A stretch of 64,000 nucleotides of DNA from Peptococcaceae bacterium. Lineage in GTDB: Bacteria; Bacillota; Desulfitobacteriia; Desulfitobacteriales; Syntrophobotulaceae. The notes under the pieces are model-generated. The model was not told the DNA's origin. It searched no databases and worked only from the letters and a program-made list of their open reading frames with translations. The stretch is taken from assembly GCA_012517475.1 (NCBI GenBank), contig JAAYUV010000077.1, positions 3,800-67,799 on the forward strand. The letters are read 5' to 3'. Of this stretch, positions 46,366 through 56,671 are shown piece by piece (position 1 is the stretch's first letter; each line of letters opens with the position of its first letter). The translations under genes and the position numbers were made by a program.

Positions 46366-46613
46366 ATAATAACCCGAAATGCCGGAGGTTTAATCCAAAC
46401 ATATGTTAATCCAATGAACCAAAAAACTCTTGGACCAATTAAAGATGAAACCGCAGCAAGATACGGACGAACAGCCGTTGTTTTCTTGACATGCCAATCT
46501 GATTATCGTAAAAAATCCACCTTGACTTTCCTCCGCGCCGGATGGTTTATACTCCAGATGAGGAGGCAGGTCATGTCTAAGATTATCATTCCGGTACGGC
46601 AGGAGGTTTAGCT

Positions 46614-47282
46614 ATGGCGGATATCTACGATTATAAAAAAGAATATAAGGACCTTTACCAACCAAAACAAAAGCCAGTTTTGGTTGATGTTCCGGCTATG
46701 AATTTTATCATGGTGGACGGGGCGGGGGACCCCAATACGTCGGCGGAATATCAGGAGGCCGTAGAGCTTCTCTACGGGCTGAGTTACGCCATTAAAATGA
46801 GCAAGAAGAGCGACCGCCCCCCGGCAGGATATTTTGATTATGTCGTCCTCCCGCTGGAAGGACTGTGGTGGTTCAAAGACGGGGATTTTGACGGGATGCG
46901 ACAGATGGATAAATCCAAATTCTTCTGGACAGCGATGATCCGCCAGCCGGAATTTGTCAGCGAAGATGTTTTTGCCTGGGCCGCCGCCGAGCTGAAGAAG
47001 AAAAAGCCCGGACTTTCCGTGGAAAAAGCCCGTCTGGAACCCCTGACGGAAGGACTGTGCGTCCAAATGATGCATACAGGCCCGTTTGACACTGAGCCCG
47101 CAACGATTGCGCAAATGGAACAATTCATTGTGTCTCACGGATATGAAAACGCCATCTCCGATCCACTGTCTTCCGGCCAGATCCGGAGGCACCATGAGAT
47201 CTATCTGAACGATCTGCGCAAGACTGCGCCTGAAAAACTAAAAACGGTCATTAGGCACCCGGTGAAAAAGTCAGGCGCCTGA
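46614..47282 (+). CDS. GyrI-like small-molecule-binding domain protein
   Basis: YDYKKEYKDLYQPKQKPVLVDVPAMNFIMVDGAGDPN...LPLEGLWW...RRHHEIYLNDLRK is the typical family pattern. Confidence 0.75.
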   Translation: MADIYDYKKEYKDLYQPKQKPVLVDVPAMNFIMVDGAGDPNTSAEYQEAVELLYGLSYAIKMSKKSDRPPAGYFDYVVLPLEGLWWFKDGDFDGMRQMDKSKFFWTAMIRQPEFVSEDVFAWAAAELKKKKPGLSVEKARLEPLTEGLCVQMMHTGPFDTEPATIAQMEQFIVSHGYENAISDPLSSGQIRRHHEIYLNDLRKTAPEKLKTVIRHPVKKSGA

Positions 47283-47299
47283 CGGCTTACCTTGACATT

Positions 47300-47546
47300 T
47301 TATCGTTTATTCCCTAATGCCTGAACAATGGAGCCGGCAGCTTCCGCCCGGGTAACGCTTTTGCCCGGTTCAAAATTTTGACCATCTGTCTTCATGATTC
47401 CAAGACCGGTGGCGAGCGCAATAAAACCTTGGGATTGCGGGGTATCCTTAAAGGTGGGGACATAGATATCTTTTAGTTCGGCAATTTTTTCATAACCCAG
47501 ATAGCGCACAATAATTTTAGCGAACAGTTCTCTGGATACGGGTTGG
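47300..47546 (-). pseudogene. C-terminal SLH-domain fragment of a cell-surface protein
   Basis: ...PVSRELFAKIIVRYLGYEK...FKDTPQSQGFIALATGLGIMKTDG..VTRAEAAGSIVQAL. No N-terminal part or start is present. Confidence 0.5.
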
Positions 47547-48098
47547 GTGGATAGGACTGATTATGAAAACAGCGGCGCTCAGGCCGTAGAAAATATTAAT
47601 ATCCGGACTGCAGTCTGGAAAGTCGTGGGTTTTTGGATCCGGTTCTGGGCTTTTATCCTTGATTTGGCCGTCATTGCCATGAGCAGTCTGGTATTTTTCC
47701 GGATTGTCTGGCCGGCGGGCCTGGAGACCACGACCGTCAAATCATTTATCCTCATCAATGCCTTCTTTCCGGGCATCTGGGGAAGCATTTATTTTGTTTT
47801 GATGACCATATTCTGGGGACAAACGATCGGAAAAATGATCATGGGAATTAAAGTGATCAGGAAGGACGGCCTTCCTCTGAACTGGGGTACCGTCGTCATG
47901 CGGGAAGTGGCCGGCAGGACCCTGTCTCAGTTGCTCGGCACCTACCTGGGTTATTTGATCTGCGCCTTTCATCCCAGGAAGCAATCTTTGTCCGACCTGC
48001 TAAGCGACACGTATGTTGTTTATGCCGATAATAAAAAGAACGGCAGATGGGTTGAGATCCCGGAAAAGAGCGCTGCCGTGGTTTGTTTATCGGATTGA
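47547..48098 (+). CDS. RDD-family membrane protein
   Basis: FWIRFWAFILDLAVIAM..., three TM segments, and GQTIGKMIMGIKVIRKDG is a typical RDD core. Confidence 0.7.
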   Translation: MDRTDYENSGAQAVENINIRTAVWKVVGFWIRFWAFILDLAVIAMSSLVFFRIVWPAGLETTTVKSFILINAFFPGIWGSIYFVLMTIFWGQTIGKMIMGIKVIRKDGLPLNWGTVVMREVAGRTLSQLLGTYLGYLICAFHPRKQSLSDLLSDTYVVYADNKKNGRWVEIPEKSAAVVCLSD

Positions 48099-48261
48099 AA
48101 GGTTTGCCGGCGAACGGAAGGCGGTCTATAGGATATGGTCGTTGATTGTCAAATATGATATAATCATAGGGGACAATACAATGAACTTATGGAAGAGCGG
48201 CAAACGAATTTAAAGAAAAAAATCACACTATGTATATTATGATTGTGTAATTGGAAGCCGG

Positions 48262-49944
48262 GTGTTGTCGACGGCTTTCTTTATTGCCCGGACGACTGTG
48301 TTGTCCAATAATCTAAATGGGGTGAATCGATTGGCTAAAACGAGAACGAAACGGTTTTTGATCATTATTGCCTTGGTGCTCGCAGGTATTCTTGCGGGGA
48401 CGGCGGCATTTGCCCTCTTTTTTGGCTTAGGCGGCGTGAATATGAATAACCGGGTCAGCTTTCTTTTGATCGGGGCGGATAAAAGGCCGGGGGGAGGTTC
48501 CTATAATGCGGACTCGATCATCGTGGCCAGCTTCGACCCCCAGACGAAACTCGTTTCCCTGCTGTCTATTCCGCGAGATACCCGGGTGACCCTGTCCGGA
48601 TCTAAAAACTATTATAAAATCAATGCCGTTCCGGCCTTAAAAGGAATCCCGGAGCTGGAAAAACAGGTGACGGCGCTGACCGGCATCAAGCTGAACGGCT
48701 ATGTCCTGACCAATTTCGAAGGGTTCAAAGACATTATTGATACGTTGGGCGGGATCACCATCGACGTGGAAAAAAATATGTACTATGAGACCGGGGACAA
48801 AGAGGACGGCTATATCAACCTGAAAGCCGGGGTCCAGAAATTAAACGGTACGAAGGCCCTTCAGTATGCCCGTTTCCGCCATGACGCCACCGCCGACATC
48901 GGGAGGACCGCCAGGCAGCAGAAGGTGCTGACTGCGGTAGCTAAGAAAATGCTTGAACCCCTCACCATCCTGAAACTGCCCGCGCTTGTGCCGCAATTAA
49001 TGAAAGCGGTGGAAACGGACCTGTCTCTGAAAGACCTCACGACACTCGCCGGGGGCGCGAAATCATTCAGCGACGCCAAGATCGTCAGCCAAACCCTGCC
49101 CGGGAATGCGATTAATCTGGACGGGTTAAGCTATTGGGAAGTCAACCGTACGAAAGCCAAAGAAGTCGCCCAAAATCTCCTCCAGGGCAAAACGACCGGT
49201 GATGTTTGGGACAGCTCGGTCATGGCCAACCTGGATGCCGATGTGAAAGCGCACCTTGCCTCACCGGCAACGGAAACGGCTATCGATATGCCCGAAATAC
49301 CCGGAATAACCGTACCCAAAGAGGGAGCGGCACCCGTGAAAACCATCCAAACAGAGCAGTATTCGGGGACAATCACCTGGTCGCCTGACGATAATACCTT
49401 TTTTGCCGGCCAGAGTTATAAGGCAACCATTACCCTTGTTCCCAAAGAAGGATATACCTTAAAAGGCGTTGGGGCGAACTTCTTTACCGTACCAGGGGCA
49501 ACTGCCACAAATGCCGCGGGATCGGGAGTCATTACGGCCTTATTCCCGGCGGCGCAGACTGCGCCGACAGAAACAACACCACCAGGAAAAACACCCACGG
49601 GAACAACTCCAACCGGAACAACACCAACCGGAACAACGCCTACGGAAAAAGCGACTATAATCAGTATTGCGCAAATTGCCGGAGTTACACCGCCTAAACC
49701 CGGAGCAGCGCCTGTAACAACGGTCACCGCCACGGAGCAGTATACCGGGACGGTAATTTGGGCACCGGCCGACAACCCCTTCGGGCAAGGCCGGCAATAC
49801 ACAGCAACGATTACGCTGGTTCCCAAAAAAGGATATACCTTGGAAGGCATCCGCGAAAATTATTTCACCGTACCGGGCGCTACAGCAACCAATGCGGCCG
49901 GATCAGGGATTATCAAGGCGGTCTTTCCGATCTCCGATCAATAA
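48262..49944 (+). CDS. LCP (LytR-CpsA-Psr) family cell-wall glycopolymer transferase with two C-terminal ~85-aa repeats
   Basis: TM anchor. SFLLIGADKR, NADSIIVASFDP and LLSIPRDT. The C-terminal duplicated module (..EQY(S/T)GT(I/V).W.P.DN.F..G..Y.ATITLVPK.GYTL.G...N.FTVPGATATNAAGSG) is separated by a TPTGTTPTGTTPTGTTPT linker. The start may be a TTG at 48331. Confidence 0.8.
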   Translation: MLSTAFFIARTTVLSNNLNGVNRLAKTRTKRFLIIIALVLAGILAGTAAFALFFGLGGVNMNNRVSFLLIGADKRPGGGSYNADSIIVASFDPQTKLVSLLSIPRDTRVTLSGSKNYYKINAVPALKGIPELEKQVTALTGIKLNGYVLTNFEGFKDIIDTLGGITIDVEKNMYYETGDKEDGYINLKAGVQKLNGTKALQYARFRHDATADIGRTARQQKVLTAVAKKMLEPLTILKLPALVPQLMKAVETDLSLKDLTTLAGGAKSFSDAKIVSQTLPGNAINLDGLSYWEVNRTKAKEVAQNLLQGKTTGDVWDSSVMANLDADVKAHLASPATETAIDMPEIPGITVPKEGAAPVKTIQTEQYSGTITWSPDDNTFFAGQSYKATITLVPKEGYTLKGVGANFFTVPGATATNAAGSGVITALFPAAQTAPTETTPPGKTPTGTTPTGTTPTGTTPTEKATIISIAQIAGVTPPKPGAAPVTTVTATEQYTGTVIWAPADNPFGQGRQYTATITLVPKKGYTLEGIRENYFTVPGATATNAAGSGIIKAVFPISDQ

Positions 49945-50015
49945 TAACTGCTATGAGAAGAAGTACGGCGGCCGTTTGGCCGCCATAATCATAATTGTCT
50001 CTTTTTTGGTGGAAT

Positions 50016-50468
50016 CTAAGTTAGCTTCTCGTTAAATTTATTAAGTACAATCCCTAAGATAATTCCCCATAAGATGATCGCCAGCAGGTTGGATATGCCC
50101 CCCGGGAAAGGCTGCATACCGGACAAGACCGGAACCTTGTATAAATTCACAATTACTTTGAAGATAAACCAGAGAAGTACACCATAGAACGTTGATTTAT
50201 AAACAACGCCTTGCGAAGTAATGGGAACAATCAGATGGGCAAAAATGATTCCCAGGAAGCCATCCCATACAATGATTTGAATGATTAGCCCTAAAACAGT
50301 AACAAAAACGTTTTCAGGTTTGGCCAGTGTCAATAAAACAATGGCCCAATCGAGAAATCGAATTTGTGAAATATGGAGAACATAATAGTCAAACAGGTTC
50401 CAGATATTCATCACAATCCCGCCACTGATTCCGGCTAAATAACCGCAAGTCGTTCTGTCCATGATCAA
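50016..50468 (-). CDS. hypothetical integral membrane protein (4 TM)
   Basis: 150-aa hydrophobic ORF. I recognise no family. Confidence 0.45.
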   Translation of the reverse strand: MIMDRTTCGYLAGISGGIVMNIWNLFDYYVLHISQIRFLDWAIVLLTLAKPENVFVTVLGLIIQIIVWDGFLGIIFAHLIVPITSQGVVYKSTFYGVLLWFIFKVIVNLYKVPVLSGMQPFPGGISNLLAIILWGIILGIVLNKFNEKLT

Positions 50469-50588
50469 CCTCCTATTTTATAGGGATATACATAGTTTTG
50501 GCTGATCTTGGTTATTTATTCTTTCTATTGCTATACTTTTGGAAAAGATTATTATTTAAAAGGTGTTAGTAAAAAGGAGGCCTTGAAA

Positions 50589-51119
50589 ATGATTAGCGAA
50601 AGAATGGAAAAACTGTTGAACGAGCAAGTTCAAAAAGAATTTTATTCCGCCTATCTGTACTTATCTTTTGAAGCCTACTTTGCGGGCCGTAACCTGGACG
50701 GGTTTGCCCATTGGTTCCGGGTTCAGGCCATGGAAGAAAGAGATCATGCCCTCATATTCTTTAATTACATCAATCAAGTAGGGGGACGTGTAAAACTTCA
50801 AGCCTTGGCTGCACCCGATTGGGATTTTCATTCAATTGAAGAGATTATAACGAAACAATTGGAGCATGAACGGTTGGTGACTGCTTCCATATACAACATT
50901 GCCGATCATGCTATTGAAGAACGTGATCACAAAACAAATTCATTTATTAAGTGGTTTGTGGACGAACAGGCCGAAGAAGAAGCCAACGCGGAACAGATTC
51001 TAAGCAAGATCAGACTCGTCGGTGAAAATGACGGAAGAGGAATTCTGATGCTGGATGCTGAAATGGCGACCAGGGTTTATGTTGTTCCGGCGCCGCTGGC
51101 TGCCAATAACCAAGCGTAA
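50589..51119 (+). CDS. ftn: ferritin
   Basis: AAAAAGGAGG SD before the ATG at 50589. LNEQVQKEFYSAYLYLSFEAYF..., QAMEERDHAL and WFVDEQAEEE are diiron ligand blocks. Confidence 0.9.
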   Translation: MISERMEKLLNEQVQKEFYSAYLYLSFEAYFAGRNLDGFAHWFRVQAMEERDHALIFFNYINQVGGRVKLQALAAPDWDFHSIEEIITKQLEHERLVTASIYNIADHAIEERDHKTNSFIKWFVDEQAEEEANAEQILSKIRLVGENDGRGILMLDAEMATRVYVVPAPLAANNQA

Positions 51120-51170
51120 TCAAACGGGATGAATAGATTTTAAACAGAGATCAAAAGCGGAAATGGAATA

Positions 51171-51206
51171 AAAAACGGTTGTATCACTCAAGTGCAGCCG
51201 TTTTTT
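51171..51206. terminator. bidirectional rho-independent terminator
   Basis: AAAAACGGTTG-(13-nt loop)-CAGCCGTTTTTT between the convergent ferritin and yitT-like genes. Confidence 0.6.
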
Positions 51207-51216
51207 GTATTATTAA

Positions 51217-52077
51217 TTACTTATACGACTTATCCATGGTAAAGCCGCGTCCCTTGACCTCATTGACCCGGTTAATAATCATAAACGCATTCGGGTCGAT
51301 GGAAAGGGCCAGTTCGTTGAGCTTATGCAGTTCCCGGTTGGAGACAACGGTCAGTACAACCGGATTATTGTTGTGACAGTAGCCTGTTTCAGCCTGAATT
51401 AAGGTGGAGCCTCTGTCCAGGTGTTGGATGATCATGCGGTTAATTTCCTCATATTTTTTGCTGATGATTTTTACCTGGGTGCGGGATTGTCCGAGTATCA
51501 GCACTTTGTCCAATACGACTGTGTATATCAGCACAAGCAAAATCCCGTAAAGCACCTGTTCTTTATTGGCAAAAAGCATTTGGGAGAGCAGGATCGTGAA
51601 GTCGAAGGCATACAGAACCATTGAAACCGGAAAGCCGAATTTTTTGTTCAGCACCAGCGGAGGGATATCCATGCCGCCGGTGGATGCGCCGGCTTTAATG
51701 ACCAGTCCAAGGCTGAAGCCGATCATGATCCCGGCATAGATCGCGGAAAGCAGGTGATCGGATGTCATATTCTGCAAGGATGGGACTTTCAGAAGGATAC
51801 CGAGGACAAAAGGGTAGTAGAAGGTGCTGATCAGCGTCGTCATGGCAAAAGCTCTCCCGAGAACCAAGGCGCCCAAAATAAACATGGCAATATTGAAAAC
51901 GGAAACAAACAGGGTAATGGGGATACCGAACTGGTGATAAAATAACAGTGCCAAACCGGTTGTTCCGCCTGTAATGAGTCCGCTGGGAAGAATAAAAGCG
52001 GCAACCGCCAAGGCATAGATCGTATTGCCCAGTAAAATCAATCCTATATTTTTATAAATCGCGGACCCTTTAAACAT
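51217..52077 (-). CDS. YitT-family membrane protein (DUF2179 C-terminal domain)
   Basis: GGTTGLALLFYHQFGIPITL..., multiple TM segments, and C-terminal VVLTVVSNRELHKLNELALSIDPNAFMII. AAGGAGA SD lies before the internal ATG at 52077. Confidence 0.8.
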   Translation of the reverse strand: MFKGSAIYKNIGLILLGNTIYALAVAAFILPSGLITGGTTGLALLFYHQFGIPITLFVSVFNIAMFILGALVLGRAFAMTTLISTFYYPFVLGILLKVPSLQNMTSDHLLSAIYAGIMIGFSLGLVIKAGASTGGMDIPPLVLNKKFGFPVSMVLYAFDFTILLSQMLFANKEQVLYGILLVLIYTVVLDKVLILGQSRTQVKIISKKYEEINRMIIQHLDRGSTLIQAETGYCHNNNPVVLTVVSNRELHKLNELALSIDPNAFMIINRVNEVKGRGFTMDKSYK

Positions 52078-52466
52078 GTGACTCGTCTCCTTAGCCGAAC
52101 TCATTTTTTAATGTAGTTGTATTTATTTTGAAATTCGGAACAGTAAAAAAATAACCCATCAAAATTTTAAGTGCAAAATGAACATTTAGCAATCATATTC
52201 AGGCGCAAATTGATAACTTACTTTGCCTGATAGATTCCTCAATTCACCAAGAATTAAGTTTTCTCCCCCGTATATTTTTAATAAAACATGGACTATGAGA
52301 ATTCCCTTCTCAATTTGAAATATTATTAGGATATATCTGACCTTCCAATCTTATAAAGTTAAGAGTTCGTATTTTGAGATATTGTAACGAAAAAAGAAAT
52401 AATAAGGCGAACAATCATAATACCCAAATATTTTAATTAATGGTAAAATTTATAAAACAATAAAAT

Positions 52467-52545
52467 CGGATATATAATTACCAGCTTGGAGTGTAAATAT
52501 TTTTTTGTTTTATTGCATTAATTTAACCAGCATGGAATTTGAAAC
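52467..52545 (+). repeat. two degenerate CRISPR-repeat-like sequences (psi-repeats) in the cas6 5' leader
   Basis: 52515-52545, GCATTAATTTAACCAGCATGGAATTTGAAAC, shares 13-nt and 6-nt identical blocks with the array repeat. 52467-52498 ends in ACCAGCTTGGAGTGTAAAT, versus ACCAAGTGGAATGTAAAG in the repeat. The two are 16 nt apart. Confidence 0.55.
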
Positions 52546-52566
52546 CATAAGCGAGGAGGTGAAACA

Positions 52567-53298
52567 ATGAGGATAAAAGTTGAATTTGAAACGAAGCAGG
52601 AGACTCTTCCCCTGGAATACCGGCGTAAGTTTATTTCCTATCTGAAAAGCGCTTTAGAGGACTACAATGAAGACCTGTATGCCGCATTATACGAAAGCGG
52701 GCATACCCCGAAATCTTTTTGTTTCAGCATTTATTTCCTGCCTGAGGCAACAGTCGCCAAGGAGGGGGTAACGCTTCACAGCAAGCGTTTTATCGCTTGT
52801 TTTATAACTCCGGACGTTCTCATGGGTGTCCATCTGATTAACGCGCTGCTGGGGCGCGGCAAAAGGTGGGTTCCGCTGGCCGATTGTCAGAACCAATTGA
52901 AGATTTTATCCGTCACCAAAGTTCAGGAGTATCCCATTACCGGCAATACCGTCGCCTTTAAGATTCTTTCTCCGGTCGTGGTCCGGGACCATGGCAAAAA
53001 GGAGGGAAGAGACTGGTATCTGACTTTCGAAGACGAAGAATTCGAATCCGTCTGGAAACGCAACTTAAAATCCGAGCTTCAGCATACGTTTGGCCGGGAT
53101 GTGCGCAGTGATGTTGACGCTCTGCAACTCAAACCCATTCACCTTAAAAAGACAGTAGTTCTTAATTACGGAATTTATATCCCTTCAACATTGGGTAACT
53201 TTGTTCTGGAAGGCGAAAAATATCTGCTTGATTATCTCTATAAGGCGGGAATCGGCTCCAAACGTGCACTCGGCTTTGGTTGTCTGGATATCTTGTAG
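52567..53298 (+). CDS. cas6: CRISPR-associated endoribonuclease Cas6
   Basis: First gene of the cas operon. The C-terminal glycine-rich loop GIGSKRALGFGCLD is typical of Cas6. Confidence 0.85.
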   Translation: MRIKVEFETKQETLPLEYRRKFISYLKSALEDYNEDLYAALYESGHTPKSFCFSIYFLPEATVAKEGVTLHSKRFIACFITPDVLMGVHLINALLGRGKRWVPLADCQNQLKILSVTKVQEYPITGNTVAFKILSPVVVRDHGKKEGRDWYLTFEDEEFESVWKRNLKSELQHTFGRDVRSDVDALQLKPIHLKKTVVLNYGIYIPSTLGNFVLEGEKYLLDYLYKAGIGSKRALGFGCLDIL

Positions 53299-53315
53299 AA
53301 AGGAGGAGGTGAAAA

Positions 53316-55051
53316 ATGAAAAATAACACCCATTTAAAACTTGTATTGGGCGACTGGCAGTGGAATGCTTCTATCTACGGATTTATTAATATCGTCGGCA
53401 AAGAAAACGTCGACCTTATTGAGGATACCGTAACTTTTTCCACAGACCTTTTAGAAGGGTTTGCTGAAAAATATTTCGGCTATTTCATCCGTACTTACGA
53501 AAAAACCTTGTCTTGGTATAAAATCGTTTCTTTTGCTGAGAAAATGGAAGCTTATGAAGATGACGCGTTTGCAGGGTTTAATCTGGAAGCGCTGAAAAGC
53601 TTTAATATCTACCTCAAAGATGTTAAGCGTTTTCTTAAGAGCAACAGCTACAAAGCCGCTTATGAACTGATTACGCTGAACGTGGACATGCCCTCATTGG
53701 AAAAACAGTTGACAGCCATCAAAGAGCCCAAAGATCAACAACAGTTTGAGGCGGGAAAATCGGGTATTATTACCGAAGTGCAGAACAATTTTATTGTCTT
53801 GCGGCCAATTATTGCCTATTGTAACAGCCCGGAAGGGAAAAAATATATCCGGGCTAAAAATGTCATCTATACGATTATCAATAATGCCTGGGATGGCGTA
53901 AGTTTTCTTGATCGCCAACCCAAAGAAAAGGATGTTTACACCTCTTATAAAAAGTACTTTGTCGATGGGGCTGTGGAATATCTTCAGCAAAATAAGAGCC
54001 ATCACAAGTACAATTGTTTTATCTGTGACGCACCGATCAAAGATCTGAACCATACATTAAGCTTTCTCAATGAAACCGGCTTTGACGTAGGCAAAAAATC
54101 ATCCCATGTCTGGGATTTCCAAAATGATATCGCCCTCTGCCCGTTATGCAAACTGATTTATTCTTGTTTGCCGGCCGGCCTGGCTTATGGTTACAACCAC
54201 GGGCTCTATATTAATGCCAATCAGGATGTAGAAACAGTCTTTAAGATTAATCATGTCCTCAAAACGGAAATCTTGGGAGTAAAAGAAGGGAATATCCGGA
54301 CGATCTACCCCATTTTGGTAAATGCTTTGCACCAAAAGGAACATGATACGGCTAAATATGAATTAGCCGATATCCAAGTCGTGCGTTATGAAAACGACAG
54401 TTACCGTTTCAATATACTATCCCGCAAAATGCTGGAAATCATCGTTGAAAGCAAAGACGAACTGGATGGTCTGCTTAAAGCTGTTTTTATGGAAAACGGG
54501 ATGACTGTCCGCGTTTATGACGAGGTGATTGTCCGGATTTTCAACAACCAGAACCTGTTTACCCTGATTCACCGGATGATCTACCATAAGCTTGCCAATC
54601 CGGCCAGGTGTTATTTTAATGGGGCCCATATAATGTATTTATTAAAAATTAACCAAAAAATCTATACCCGTTTAGGAGGGATGGAAGTGGAAAGAGGAGA
54701 GGAAACCAGGCAAAACCAGTTTTTAATTGGGAATGCCAAAGAGGCAGGGCAGAATTTAAGAAAGAGATACTATGGCAAAGACGCCCAGCATAAGCTGCCG
54801 GGAATTTGCTACCGCTTGCTCAATGCCCTGAAAACAGCCAATAAAGACATGTTTATGGATGTAACCCTAAACTGCTATCTCTATGTCAGGGCGCAAGTAC
54901 CCGAAGTAATCACCAGGGCCTTGAGCAATGAAAAAGATTTTTCCACCATGGGCTATGCCTTTGTGGCCGCGCTGATTGACGAACCCGAAGGAAAAAGCCT
55001 ACCGGGAGAAAAGGAGAATACGGCACCCGAAGCCGGTGAGGAGGAATTGGT

Positions 55052-55055
<4 letters not shown>
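53316..55055 (+). CDS. cas8b: type I-B large subunit Cas8b (Cst1-like)
   Basis: 579 aa between cas6 and cas7. Cys-rich CFICDAPI...CPLCKLIYSC zinc-finger region. Confidence 0.75.
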
Positions 55056-56660
<1,605 letters not shown>

Positions 56661-56671
56661 GGAGAATGGTG

